Source: Octopus vulgaris (lineage: Eukaryota). Taken from it: a stretch of 64,000 bases of DNA. Numbering within the stretch: the stretch's first letter is position 1; each line of letters begins with the position of its first letter. The notes beneath the pieces are model-generated. The model searched no databases. It saw only the letters and a list, made by a program, of their open reading frames with translations, and was not told the origin of the DNA. Positions 1 through 12,560 of the stretch are shown here, piece after piece. The stretch is from assembly GCA_951406725.2 (NCBI GenBank), contig OX597822.1, forward strand, positions 64,976,001 through 65,040,000, written 5' to 3'. The position numbers and the translations under genes were made by a program.

Positions 1-59
1 AAAGTGTGGATAGGAGATGAATAACTAGCGTAGGGATCATGTGTGTGTGTGTGTGGGGG

Positions 60-185
60 GGGGAACAGGGAGCGATGTGAAATAAGGTGTCTTGCACATG
101 GAAACGACGCGCTGCCAAGATTCGAAACGACGACATTACGACCATGGATCGAACACCTTAACCACTAAGCCACGCACCTCCACAC
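60..185 (-). mobile_element. Decayed tRNA-derived SINE head
   Basis: Reverse complement has A-box-like tggcttagtggttagg and B-box-like ttcgaatc; similar to 54300-54430. Confidence 0.55.
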
Positions 186-576
186 TTTACACACTTAACG
201 GCAGAAACTGACTAACTTACAGGTACATTTTGTGAAGCGATGTATTAAGATTAACGCATATGTAGATAGCTTTATAAACACACAAACGGATACACGCAGA
301 CTCAAGCACATATATACATACACAAACAGATGCAAACACACACACACACACACACACATGGATGTGTGCAAAATCTTGCAGTATGGGTTTTCTTTTTACT
401 TATTCTTTGCGTTCTTTTTTTTTTACGCTTGAATATTTAGCTTTGTCTTAAGGCAATAAATCGTGCCGCGAAGTAACAGAACAGCGGTGCCGCCCCTTTG
501 CCCCCTCCCCTCACAATTGCCTCTGTCACCGAAAGAAATAAATGAATACTTGTACGCATGTATGAATGTATGTTTG

Positions 577-580
577 TCTG

Positions 581-653
<73 letters not shown>

Positions 654-665
654 CTATCTTTGTAT

Positions 666-720
<55 letters not shown>

Positions 721-760
721 TGTATGTGTATGTATTTTTTTTTGTGTGTGTGTGTGTGTA
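577..760. repeat. Compound microsatellite (TCTA)n/(CT)n/(TG)n
   Basis: Directly visible. Confidence 0.95.
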
Positions 761-1371
761 TCACAGCTTGTCCGTTCCCCTCGCCACTGTGTCCTTCAAA
801 ATAAATTGACAAATAATCACATGTCCTCGTGATGCTTTCAACAACAAACTTTTGTCTCAGCGACACTCGATAGACGTAGAAAAAAAAAAAGAAAAAAAAA
901 GAAACGAAAACCAACGCCGTAAAAAAAAAAGCAGAACGCCGACAACAACAACAACAACAGCAAACATAAAGATAATAACAATAATGAAAGAATAAAAATA
1001 TACAGCAGTGACATCAACAACAATCAAAGCAACAACAACAATACAAAAAGGAAAAAAAAATCAAAAAGCATAATGAAAGACAAGACTTCAGCAATAACAA
1101 CACCAATATCTACGATTCATACTACAAGATAACAACAGCTAAAACCAACCCCCATTCTCCCGTCCTACCCATTCTTATTCTGAATCCCCCATACGTGAAA
1201 AAACGAAAGAAAGAAAGAAATATTTGGTTTTTTGACACGAGGTACAAGAAGAATTACATGAAAATGATTTAGCTAAACTAAATAGCTGGAGAGCAGCAAT
1301 TTAATCTTGGCTCCTTGAATGGTGTATGTATCATTAGACAGCTCTAAATCCTACGTAATTGACCTTTTCAG

Positions 1372-1439
1372 TGCTTAACAGTCGTGGACCAGGAAGGAGG
1401 GTTTGCTTTCAGCGGTATAAAGGGTTTCGAAGATGGAAA
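1372..1439 (+). CDS. Putative internal coding exon A of an unidentified plus-strand gene (CLTVVDQEGGFAFSGIKGFEDG-K)
   Basis: Acceptor ttgaccttttcAG and donor GTACGT; 68 nt, open in phase 0 to 2; joins in frame to 4256-4290. Manual splice reading only. Confidence 0.55.
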
Positions 1440-1502
1440 GTACGTTGTTTGTAGAGTATTGGGTAGGTAGATCAGAAGGATTTGTACGTAAGGAACATGT
1501 AA

Positions 1503-1544
<42 letters not shown>

Positions 1545-1769
1545 GGGAAAGAGGAGGAGTTGTAGAGTTATTGCGAGAATGAACGGCGAATGAGTTATAG
1601 AGATAGACACAATGAAGTAGTAGAGTGAATATATGTACACACACACACACAAGTTTGTATGTTTGTGTGTATCTATGCATGTACGTTTATATATTATATT
1701 TATAAATATACTTATATATATCCACACATATGTATGTACACACACGTATATATAGGTATGTATACATAT

Positions 1770-1770
1770 A

Positions 1771-1853
<83 letters not shown>

Positions 1854-1935
1854 CATATATACATACCTATATATACGTGTGTGTACATACATATGTGTGG
1901 ATATATATTTATATATATATATATATATATATATA
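1770..1935. repeat. (TA)n microsatellite
   Basis: Directly visible. Confidence 0.95.
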
Positions 1936-2339
1936 AGGAAAATAAGAAAAAGGAAGTAAGTAAAGCTAGAAAGAAAGAAAAAAGAAAGAGAAATTACGAA
2001 GTAGAGAAACATGCATTGAAGAAAGAAATAAAGAGAATTAGAAATGGCGAAAGAGCGAACTTAGACAATAAATAAATAAATAAATAAATAAATAGAAATG
2101 AGAGTGGATGAAAGTGTGAAAGAGGTGTGAGAACAAAATAAAGTGCAAAAATATAAAAAACGAAAGAAACAATGGATGGATGGGGAGGGAGGAAAAGAGA
2201 GATTTAATTATATGTTAATTTTTTTGAGACTTGTCAAGATTATCCTAAAATACCTTTTTTTTGTGTTTAACCTTTAAGCAATTTTCGCTTTCCATGTCTC
2301 GGCTAAATAAATTAATTCTCAATACAACACAACTACCCC

Positions 2340-2571
<232 letters not shown>

Positions 2572-2944
2572 GAAAGACGGCAAGACAAGGGATGAGGCTA
2601 ATTGAATCATCCTGGTGTTTCTCTTAACGACTCCCAGGGGACTGGCTAAAAAGTTGAAGCCGACCTGACGGGAATAGAACTCAGAAGGTAAAAACAAGAC
2701 AAGTGACAAGAAAAAAAAAAGCAAGAAATCTTCTGCAAGATATTTTGTTCAATGTATTAACATCTCATTCACCTATCGTCAATAACAAAACTATTTTTAT
2801 TTATTTATTTATTTATTTATTGTTTTTTTATCTTAGGATTTATAAGGCCGGTTACCCTGATTGCCTGGAGTCTGAGTGACGGATATCTCAACATCACTCG
2901 TGAAATGGGGGAAATGTTGCGATCCACGAGCAAGTGCACGTCTC

Positions 2945-3195
2945 TGAGCACAATTACGACAAGGAGCACGAGCACGACAAGGAGCGCGAGCACGACAACG
3001 AGCACAACTAAGAGAACGTGCATGACAACGGCCATAGCCAAGACTACAAGCACGACACCGGCCACAGCCACGACTACGAGCACGACACCGGCCACAGCCA
3101 CGACTACGAGCACGACAACGGCCACAGCCACGACCACCAACAAGACTACGAGCACAAACACGAAGACGAACACGGCTACGACAACGATCTCGACT
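2945..3195. repeat. Degenerate ACN-codon-like minisatellite with a 30-bp unit (acgagcacgacaccggccacagccacgact)
   Basis: About 3 near-exact 30-bp copies at 3047-3135 within a decayed (ACG)n background. Confidence 0.8.
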
Positions 3196-3205
3196 GCAAT
3201 GCATG

Positions 3206-3625
3206 TTTCTTATTTCTTTATTGCATACAAGGGGCTAAACATAGGTAGGACAAACAAGGACAGACAAACAGATTAAATCAATTATATCGACCCCAGAGCG
3301 TAAGTGGTACTTATTTAACCGACCCCGAAAGGATGAAAGGCAAAGTCGACCTCGACGGAATTTGAACTGAGAACATAGCGGCAGACGAAATACCTATTTC
3401 CTTACTACCCACAATGGGCTAAACATAGAGAGGACGAACAAGGACAGACAAACAGATTAAGTCGATTATATCGAACCAGTGCGCAACTGGTACTTAATTT
3501 ATCGACCCCGAAAGGATGAAAGGCAAAGTCGACCTCGGCGGAATTTGAACTCAGAATGTAACGGTAGACGAAATACGGCTACGCACTTCGCCTGGCGTGC
3601 TAACGTTTCTGCCAGCTCGCCGCCT
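3206..3625 (-). mobile_element. tRNA-derived SINE family A (Meta-domain-like core), multimer
   Basis: Reverse complement of ggcggcgagctggcagaa...gttcaaattccgccgaggtcgactttgcctttcatcctttcggggtcgat; two tandem cores. Confidence 0.85.
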
Positions 3626-3639
3626 TATGAATATGTGTC

Positions 3640-3900
3640 GCTATAATCGACTTAATCCGTTTGTCTCTCCTTGTTTGTCCCCTCGGTGTTTAGCCCCCTG
3701 TGGGTAGTAAATAAATATATATTTCGCCTGCCGTTATGTTCTGATTTCAAATCCCGCCGATGTCGACTTTGCCTTTTATCCTTTTGGGGTCGATAAATTG
3801 AGTATCAGTTACGTACTGGGGCCGATGTAATCGACTTAATCCCATCGTCTGTCCTTGTTTGTCTCCTTTATGATTAGCCGCCTGTGGACAATAAAGAAAT
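3640..3900 (+). mobile_element. SINE family A, permuted copy
   Basis: Same core, opposite orientation to 3206-3625. Confidence 0.8.
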
Positions 3901-4255
3901 AAAAATATACACATATTCACACACAAACACACACACAAACACACACACACACACATGTACACACCATACAAAACACATACAAGTTGTTACTTCTTGTTAT
4001 AGTGCTTAATCTACAAACACACGCACACACAGAACAGCACTCATGTACAGAGAAGCACGTAACTTTTTGGGTCTCTCTCTCCCCCTCTTTCTATGTCTCT
4101 CTCTCTTTGACTATGTCTCTCTCTATATATCCCTCTATTTCTCTCTTTCTATCTCTCTCTCTCTCGCTCTCTCTCTCTGTATGTCGCTCTCTTAATCAGA
4201 CTTACCCTGTCTTTCTCTCTTTGTTTGCCTTCCTCTCTGATCTTCTGGCTTCCAG

Positions 4256-4290
4256 AAATAATATGTTGGAGATGAGGCGACAAGCATTAG
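4256..4290 (+). CDS. Putative coding mini-exon B (NNMLEMRRQAL)
   Basis: Long polypyrimidine tract ending ttccAG, donor g|GTACGG; 35 nt, phase 2 to 1, compatible with both neighbours. Confidence 0.6.
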
Positions 4291-4586
4291 GTACGGTTTG
4301 GAATTGGTTAATAATTCATGAAGACTTTCCAAGATGGTGGGCGCCACTCTATTTGGAAAGAATTTCAATGTAGCTACGTCCGTCCTATTCCCACTCAATT
4401 TACCAATTCCATGTTACATGAAGACTATGTATGCATTCGCTGTTAAAACCCGTTATCTGTATCGATTTAAAATAATTAAAAATCACGCATATATGTGTGC
4501 GAGTGTGTGTGTGTGTGTATGTGTCTGTGTGTGTGTGTGTGAATGCGTGTGTGCATGTTTTACACACACACACGCACTACATATTC

Positions 4587-4788
4587 GTTCCTCACTTCAG
4601 GTTTATTTTTGTTTTTAATTCTAAGTGCATTGTCTGGAAATCTTTCATCATGCAATCTGTGACCTCTTCAGCGATTCTCCCTCCTACGTGTCTTCTCTTT
4701 CGTTTAATCCAGCTCACAGGATGTCTGACGAAAGATTTCCAGACAAAGGACGCAAAAGAAGAACAGCAATAAATCTGAGGTGAGGAAC
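4587..4788 (+). promoter_or_regulatory. Long pre-mRNA hairpin covering exon C and its 5' splice site
   Basis: Hand alignment: 4587-4616 pairs with 4759-4788 (29/30, 4 G-U); 4630-4662 pairs with 4714-4746 (30/33, 2 G-U). Confidence 0.75.
4713..4779 (+). CDS. Putative coding exon C (AHRMSDERFPDKGRKRRTAINL)
   Basis: Acceptor tcttctctttcgtttaatccAG, donor ag|GTGAGG; 67 nt. The only open frame (phase 1 to 2) is the one exon B requires. Enclosed in a long hairpin. Confidence 0.65.
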
Positions 4789-4825
4789 AAATGTATAAAA
4801 TAAAATAAATTGGCCTTCCCGAGGT

Positions 4826-4970
4826 ATACTCTCTTTACTCTTTTACTTGTTTCAGTTATTTGACTGCGGCTATGCTGGAGCACCGCCTTTAGTCGAGCAA
4901 GTCGACCCCGGGACTTATTCTTTGTAAGCCCATTACTTATTCTATCGGTCTCTATTGACGAACCGCTAAT
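4826..4970 (-). mobile_element. SINE family B 3' fragment
   Basis: Tail tactcttttacttgtttcag...gctggagcaccgcctttagtcgagc shared with many copies in the window. Confidence 0.75.
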
Positions 4971-5687
4971 GATGTTACCTGAACTTGTACACGGCGCGCC
5001 ACACATCAGATATCGAAATGATCACAGAACAACACGAGATAAAGTTTTTTTCCTCAAAAACACAATGCACCACCCGCTCTAGGAATTGAAACCACGATCT
5101 CGTGAACGTGAATGCAACGCCCTTACCACTACGCCATGGATTCTCACACTTTCAAGTACAATGAATCTAGGACTTAATCGTTATACAAACGTCGTACAGT
5201 TTAACGATAGTGTGTGATTTGGAGTGAGATCCGACAGCTTTTTCTAGCAGACTGATGATATTTCATTAATTAGTGTATTTTAAAGTTTGTTGCTACAGCG
5301 GGCCCCGTGGCAGTGAACTATTCCTTCCCACCAGTTGCCTTTTCACAGCTAGGTCCTCTGACTCGAGGATAGTCTAGCGTCTTGTGACAACAACGTGGTG
5401 CTTCTAACATGATGTGAACAGTCGACCTCTCGGTTTGTCGTCCGACCACTTGATTCATTCTCATTACCTGGATCTCATAGTTTAAATTCACAACTTTTCC
5501 AATGGGGGGAACCTTTATATGGTTGTCGTCCTACTAGAAGTAGCAACAAAATTCCCTTAAATATAGCCTCTCTCTGAAAGACACGACCAGTAAAGTTATA
5601 GACATTCGAAATTAAAGGCTGGCCACTGCTGGAAGATTTTTGATAATCGTACTCTTCAGCTTGGACAGGATCAGCGAGGGAGTAAAC

Positions 5688-5935
5688 AGCGGCAGCCGCA
5701 GCAATAGTAACCGCAGCAGCAGTGGCCGCAACAACAGTGGCCGCAGCAGCAGTGGCCGCAACAGCAGTGGCTGCAGCTGCAGTGGCCGCAGCAGCAGTGG
5801 CCGCAGCAGCAGTGGCCGCAGAAGCAGAGGCCGTAGCAGCAGTGGCTATAGCAGCAGTGGTCGCAGCAGTAGTGGCTGTAGCAGCAGTGGCCGCAGCAGC
5901 GCCAGTCGTAGCGGCAGCAACAGCAGTGGCTGCAG
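5688..5935. repeat. 15-bp minisatellite (agcagcagtggccgc)n derived from (GCA)n
   Basis: More than 10 degenerate copies visible. Confidence 0.85.
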
Positions 5936-6031
5936 GGGCAGAAGCATCCGCACCAACATCGGCAACCGCATAGGCAATACGTACAGGGGAAGAAGTAACA
6001 TCCTCAGGGTAAGCAGCAGCCGGAGTGGAGA

Positions 6032-6255
6032 GGGCGGCGAGTTGGCAGAATCGTTAGCACGCCGAGCGAAATGCGTAGCCGTATTTCGTCTGCCGTTACA
6101 TTCTGAGTTCAAATTCCGCCGAGGTTGACTTTGCCTTTCATCCTTTCGGGGTCGATAAATTAAGTACCAGTTACGCACTGGGAGTCGATGTAATCGACTT
6201 AATCCGTTTGTCTGTCCTTGTTTGTCTCCTCTATCTTTGTGGATAGTTAAGAAAT
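6032..6255 (+). mobile_element. SINE family A, near-full monomer
   Basis: A box tggcagaatcgttag, B box gttcaaattcc, then the family core. Confidence 0.85.
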
Positions 6256-6259
6256 ACGG

Positions 6260-6450
6260 AGTGGAGACGCGATGGTCCAGTGGTTAGAGCAGCGAACTCG
6301 CGGTCGTAAGAACGCAGTTTCAATTCCCAGACCGAGGATTGTGAGTTTTTATTGAGCAAAAAACACCTAAGCTCCACGAGGCTCCAACGGGGAAGGGGGT
6401 GGTTGATCCACGCTGTACTCTTTCGCCACAACTTTCTCTCACATTTTCTT
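6260..6450 (+). mobile_element. tRNA-derived SINE family C
   Basis: Head gtggagacgcgatggtccagtggttagagcagcg...; homologous to 12225-12500 and 34000-34305. Confidence 0.75.
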
Positions 6451-6713
6451 CCTACTTCTGCCATAAAGCAGAGGAACTATGGTGTAACCCACTATGTTGT
6501 GGTAAACTTTCAGACCCTAGTCTAGATTGCGAATCCTCTGTACCCCAGGATGGTTCAGCTCTCCACCCGTTAAAAAGCCACCGTTTACGGAATGAGGATA
6601 ACAACGTAGCTTTCGCCAGTCTATAGCGTGTGGGTGGGTGGATATTCTTAGAAGCTTAGAGTAGGTTCGAATTAAAGATTATTCTTTGTGCCTAACGGGG
6701 TGAGTCCTGATTG

Positions 6714-6806
6714 GAAGAAGAAGAAGAAGAAGAAGAAGAAGAAGAAGAAGAAGAAGAAGAAGAAGAAGAAGAAGAAGAAGAAGAAGAAGAAGAAGAAGAA
6801 GAAGAA
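6714..6806. repeat. (GAA)n microsatellite
   Basis: About 31 perfect units. Confidence 0.95.
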
Positions 6807-7737
6807 GGGGCCGCCGCCGCACCCGCAGTAGCAACAACAAAAATAACAACAACGATAATAACAACAACAACAATAAATGTTGAGATTAACCAGCAAGCTG
6901 TTTCATTGTTATTGTCGTCGTCTGAAACGCTTAAACCGTGGTCTGTTGGCCATCTTGTTAAAAGTTCTATAATTTTGCCTTTACATCGTAAATGCGTGTC
7001 TGAGTGTGCATGTACGTACTTACGTACATATGTATGTATGTGTGCGCGAGTGTTTGTGTGTATGTGTGAGTATGTGTGGCTGTCGAAGCGCAGAAAGAAC
7101 CGCCACAATACGCGTTTACATATACAGAAGAAAGACAAGCAAACAGACAATGTTTATGAAATAGAATTTATCTCAGAGACAATAATAGCAGCTGTAGTTA
7201 TTGCTAGTCGTCTTTGTTATTCCCGTCCTCATTATCTTTGTTGTCCTTAGTTATTATGAGAAACGTAATTATCAGAAAAGGCCTTAGAAAGAACCCCAAT
7301 CTATAAACGTGTCTCCTTGTGCTAAATTGGTATTGCTACCAAGATTTAGTTTGTATGAAAGTTAAACCAAGCGTAAAGTTTAGGTCATTAATAAACTGGC
7401 GCCATTGAAAGTTATTATGGCCAGGAGATCAACGCCACCTGGTATAATCCACTTGTAATCGGCTTATTATAACGTGGTTAATTTAAAGTGGTTGAGGTGG
7501 AAAGTGTAAAGGAGTTAAAAGGATTTTAATGGAGATTACAATGGATGACAAATCAGGCAGCATCGATAACAAAACGACTAGAAAATGAAAACGCCACTTA
7601 ATGAAAGTGAAGATTGCAGTAGACAAGCGGAGCGTCCAGCAACAAGACACCAATTATGTTTTGTGTATGCATGAGTTGAAATTGTTTGTATATCACTGGC
7701 GCTTGAGTTTTTTTCTCATACACACAGCGTTGACGCG

Positions 7738-9575
7738 CTTGGCGAGCTGGCGGAAACGTTAGCACGCCGGGCGAAATGCTTAGCGGTATTTCGTCTGCCG
7801 TTACGTTCTGAGTTCAAATTCCGCCGAGGTCGACTTTGCCTTTCATCCTTTCGGGGTCGATTCAATAAGTACCAGTTATGCACTGGGGTCGATATAATCC
7901 GTTTGTCACCTCTATGCTTAGCCCCTTGTGGGCAGTAAGGAAATAAGAAACGTTAGCACGCCGGGCGAAATGCTTAGCGGTATTTCGTCTGCCGTTACGT
8001 TCTGAGTTCAAATTCCGCCGAGGTCGACTTTGCTTTTCATCCTTTCGGGGTCGATTCAATAAGTACCAGTTACGCACTGGTGTCGATGTAATCAACTTAA
8101 TCCGTTTGTCTGTCCTTGTTTGTCCTCTCTGTGTTTAGCCCCTTGTGAGTAGTAAAAAAATAGGTATTTTGTCTGTCTTTACGTTCTGAGTTCAAATTCC
8201 GCCGAGGTCGACTTTGCCTTTCATCCTTTCGGGGTCGATTAAAGAAGTACCAGTTGCGCACTGGGGTCAATATAATCGAATTAATCCGTTTGTCTGTCCG
8301 TGTTTGTCCTCTCTGTGTTTAGCCCATTGTGGGTAGTAAAGAAATAGGCATTTCGTCTGGCGTTACGTTCTGAGTTAAAATTCCGCCGAGGTGGACATTG
8401 CCTTTCATCCTTTCGGGGTCGATAAATTAAGTACCAGTTATGCACTGGGATCGATATAATCCGTTTGTCACCTCTATGCTTACCCCCTTGTGGGCAGTAA
8501 AGAAATAAGAATCGTTAGCCCGCCGGGCGAAATGCTTAGCGGTATTTCGTCTGCGTTAAGTTGTGAGTTCAAATTCCGCCGAGGTCGACTTTGCCTTTCA
8601 TCCTTTCGGGGTCGATAAATTAAGTACCAGTTACGCACTGGGGTCGATGTAATCGACTTAATACCTATGTCTGTCCTTGTTTGTCCTCTTTGTGTTTAGC
8701 CCCTTGTGGGTAATAAAGAAATAGGTATTTCGTCTGTCGTTACGTTCTGAGTTCAAATTCCGCCGAGGTCGACTTTACCTTTCATCCTTTCGGGGTCGAT
8801 TAAACAAGTACCAGTTACCCACTGTGGTCTATATAATCGACTTAATCCGTTTGTCTGTCCTTGTTCGGCTCCTCTGTGTTTAGCCCCTTGTGGGTAGTAA
8901 AGAAATAGGTATTTCGTCTGCCGTTACGTTCTGGGTTCAAATTCCGTCGAGGTCGACAGTGCCTTACATCCTTTCGGGTCGATTAAATAAGTATCAGTTA
9001 CGCTCTGGGGTCGATATAATCGACTTAAACCCTTTGTTTAACCCTTTGTGGGCAGTAAAGAAATAAGAAACGTTATCACGCCGGTCGAAATGCTTAGCGG
9101 TATTTCGTCTGTGGTCTATATAATCGACTTAATCCGTTTGTCTGTCCTTGTTCGGCTCCTCTGTGTTTAGCCCCTTGTGGGTAGTAAAGAAATAGGTATT
9201 TCGTCTGCCGTTACGTTCTGGGTTCAAATTCCGTCGAGGTCGACAGTGCCTTACATCCTTTCGGGTCGATTAAATAAGTATCAGTTACGCTCTGGGGTCG
9301 ATATAATCGACTTAAACCCTTTGTTTAACCCTTTGTGGGCAGTAAAGAAATAAGAAACGTTATCACGCAGGTCGAAATGCTTAGCGGTATTTCGTCTGCC
9401 GTTACGTTCTGAGTTCAAATTCCGCCGAGGTCGACATTGCCTTTCATCCTTTCGGGGTCGATTAAATAAGTATCAGTTACGCTCTGGGGTCGATATAATC
9501 GACTTAAACCCTTTGCCTGTCCTTGTTTGTCCCCTCTATGTTTATCCCCTTGTGGGCCATAAAGAAATGAGAAAT
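7738..9575 (+). mobile_element. Head-to-tail array of about 10 family A SINE units
   Basis: Core gttcaaattccgccgaggtcgac...tcctttcggggtcgat recurs about every 175-290 bp. Confidence 0.9.
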
Positions 9576-9679
9576 AGCTAATTGGGAAATATAGCACGGG
9601 GATGTTACAAACTTAGGAGTGGTGAGTTCAAATCCATTGTTTTTTGTTTGAAGCCACGTGCAAATCCACTAGTTCGCCT

Positions 9680-10000
9680 TGCACGTGGCTTAGTTGTTAA
9701 GGTATTCGGCTCAGGATTGTAAGGTTCTGAGTTCGATTTCCAAGCGGTGCATCGTGTCCTTGAGCAAGGTATTTAATTCACGTTGCTTAAGTCCACTCAG
9801 CTGGCAAAAATTAGCAGCACCTGTATTTCTAAGGGCCAGCCTTGTTACATTTTATGTCATGCTGAATCTCCCTGAAAACTACTATAAGGGCATGCGGGTC
9901 TGTGGAATGCTCAACTACTTGCACGTTAATTTCATGAGCAGGCTCTTCCGTTGATCGGATCAATTAGAACCATCTTCGTCGTAAGCGACGGAGTGCCGGT
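9680..10000 (+). mobile_element. tRNA-derived SINE family D variant
   Basis: tggcttagttgttaagg...gttcgatttcc head followed by gtgtccttgagcaag...gtccactcagctggcaaaaa. Confidence 0.7.
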
Positions 10001-10079
10001 CATTACCTTACTCAGTACAATATCAATTAATTTGTATCATATCTAATAATGTACAGGAAACTGCATTTCGATTGCTCGC

Positions 10080-10505
10080 TCTTACTCTCTTTTACTCGTT
10101 TTCTTGTTTCAGTCATTTGACTGTGGCCATGCTGGAGTGCCGCCTTTAGTCGAGCAAATGGATCCCAGTACTTATTCTTTGTAAGCCTAGTACTTATTAT
10201 ATCGGTCTCTTTTGCCGAACCGCTAAGTTACGGGGCCGTAAACACACCAGCATAGGTTGTCATGTGATGTTGGGGGGACAAACACAGACACACGAACATG
10301 AAAACACACACACACACACATATATATATATACATATACTTATATATACGACGTGCTTCTTTCAGTCTCCGTCTACCAAATCCACTCACAAGGCTTTAAT
10401 CGGCCCGAGGCTATAGTAGAAGACACTTGCCCGAGGTGCCACGCAGTGGGACTGAACCCATGTTGTTGGGAAGCAAGCTACTTACCGGTAACACAGCCAC
10501 TCCTA
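10080..10505 (-). mobile_element. SINE family B with internal microsatellite
   Basis: tRNA-like head at the right end, internal (CA)n(TA)n, A-rich tail at the left end. Confidence 0.85.
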
Positions 10506-10934
10506 CACCTATATTTAATAAATTTTAATGTGTTTAATGTAGAATGTGTTGACCAAGGTAACCACTCTTGGTTCAGAAAAATCACCAATCCGGAGAGTAT
10601 GTGGACCTAAAGGTTCCAGAAAATCGATCTTGTACCTGTAGTATTGCTTATAAAAAAAGCATTACGTACCGATTAAGAATTTATGATAAAAGTCATCATT
10701 TAATGAGGGAACATTCTCTTATTGTCTGTTGATTGGTTAGAATTGGCGCCTGTTGAATGGTTGATAATTTTGTTTTTCGTGATTGACTGTTTTTTTTTTT
10801 TCTGCGCTAATCAAATAATATTTCCATTGAATACGGTAACAAGATCTGGATACGGATGTTTGTAGCTATTGTTGTTTTGTTAAAATTGGGTTTATGGGGG
10901 AATTTGTTAGTCGCATCATCACATCGTATATATA

Positions 10935-11070
10935 TGGTGTAGACAACAAACATATGTATTAGTTTAACGCTCGGGAAATGAGAAAGTCTTTAACATTTCG
11001 AGCCTACGCTCTTCCACAGAAAGGAACACAGAAACAGGGAGAAAAAAATAAAGAATGTGTAGTGGTTAGC

Positions 11071-11075
<5 letters not shown>
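10935..11075 (-). mobile_element. Penelope-like terminal fragment with degenerate hammerhead motif
   Basis: Reverse complement ctgtggaagagcgtaggctcgaaatgtt; homologous to 60260-60420 and about 17880-17990. Confidence 0.5.
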
Positions 11076-11144
<69 letters not shown>

Positions 11145-11582
11145 TACTTATATAAATGTATATATATATATATGTATATATATTATATATGCATATATAA
11201 TAGATATACATATGTACATATGTTTATATATGTTTGTATATATGTATATATATATATATGTGTGTATGTGTGTGTGTATGTGTGCATATATGTTTGTATG
11301 TATATGTCTTTATGCTCATCTGTGTTCTGTATTAAACCAAATATATCTTAACATATGTTAAACGTAACTGGTTTGTTTTCCTATAATCACAGAATTCTTC
11401 AGAGTAAGTCCTCTATCCTACAAGTAATTTAGAATCAAGGAAACACACTGATATTTATACAGTTTATATTAATGAATATATTCACTACCGACAAATATTT
11501 CTGTTCGTGAAATAAGTAATTATTGTTTTATAAATTTAGTCCGTACATACATATGCATATAAATATAATTATATACATGCAT

Positions 11583-11624
<42 letters not shown>

Positions 11625-12158
11625 TATAATAATCATAAACATAATTGTAACAAGCTCCCGTTCCAAGCTTACGGTAAAAATTATTATATCTACTGCTTTT
11701 GTGAATTTATGCTACGGAGTAACGTTGCTGAAGATAGCAGTAGGTAAAAAATTAAATAAATAAAGAAAGAAAGAAATAAAGAAAAAAGAAAGGCTGTTGG
11801 AAAACCGATTATAGCAGCGATTCCATCTAAGAATATCTGAAGAAGGAATATTATTCTGAAATATCATATCAGACTATGGATGACTAAATTACAACAGGTA
11901 TATAGCCCATTGTCTGTATTATAGTGCATTGTTGTACCATTCAAAACTTTTTATTCTTTATAGTAGATATAATTTTTTTTTACCTTAGGCTTGAATCGGG
12001 ACGCTTATAGCCAATCCCTTGTTATAATTATGCATATAATTATCATAATAACTGCAAGATTTGCCTGTAAAGTTTTTTATTTCCGCGCTGACCCATTGGT
12101 AAAATTAATGTTTTTTTTGTACCTTTTATTATAACACACGCACAGATATATATTTATA

Positions 12159-12224
<66 letters not shown>

Positions 12225-12228
<4 letters not shown>

Positions 12229-12500
12229 GAGGCGCAATGGCCCAGTGGTTTCGTAGGATCGCGGTTTCGATTCACAGACCGGGCGTTGTGAGTGTTTATT
12301 GAGCGAAAACACGAGGCTCCGGCAGGGGGTGGTGATCCCTGCTGTACTCTTTCACCACTCTTTCTCCCACTCTTTCTTCTGTTGGCCTGCTCGCTTAGCC
12401 AGCGGGGTGGCGTTATTCGAAAGCTAAAACAATGCGAACGCATTGTGACCAGCGATGTGTAACTACATCTGATGGACTGGGCGGTCACTTGATCACGTGA
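12225..12500 (+). mobile_element. SINE family C
   Basis: Head gtggaggcgcaatggcccagtgg and conserved body. Confidence 0.8.
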
Positions 12501-12505
12501 CGTGA

Positions 12506-12560
<55 letters not shown>

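Noticed and set aside
2817-3276. Thr-rich mucin-like and His/Asp-rich ORFs
   Set aside because: Degenerate trinucleotide minisatellite open in several frames and running into a SINE; no convincing splice sites.
5640-6178. Ser/Gly-rich or Ala-rich (antifreeze-like) ORFs
   Set aside because: 15-bp GCA-derived minisatellite fused to a SINE.
6032-6330. tRNA genes
   Set aside because: A/B-box heads continue into SINE bodies and lack a proper cloverleaf; the same holds for all such heads in the window.
7738-9575. CRISPR-like array
   Set aside because: No unique spacers and no cas genes; units are whole SINE copies in a eukaryotic context.
11393-11403. 11-nt microexon cacAG|aattcttcaga|GTAAGT
   Set aside because: Splice signals are plausible and it could pair with the 13-nt exon (24 nt in total). 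However, it overlaps a reverse CTGAAGA...GAAA motif of probable Penelope origin and has no other support. Unresolved without RNA-seq.
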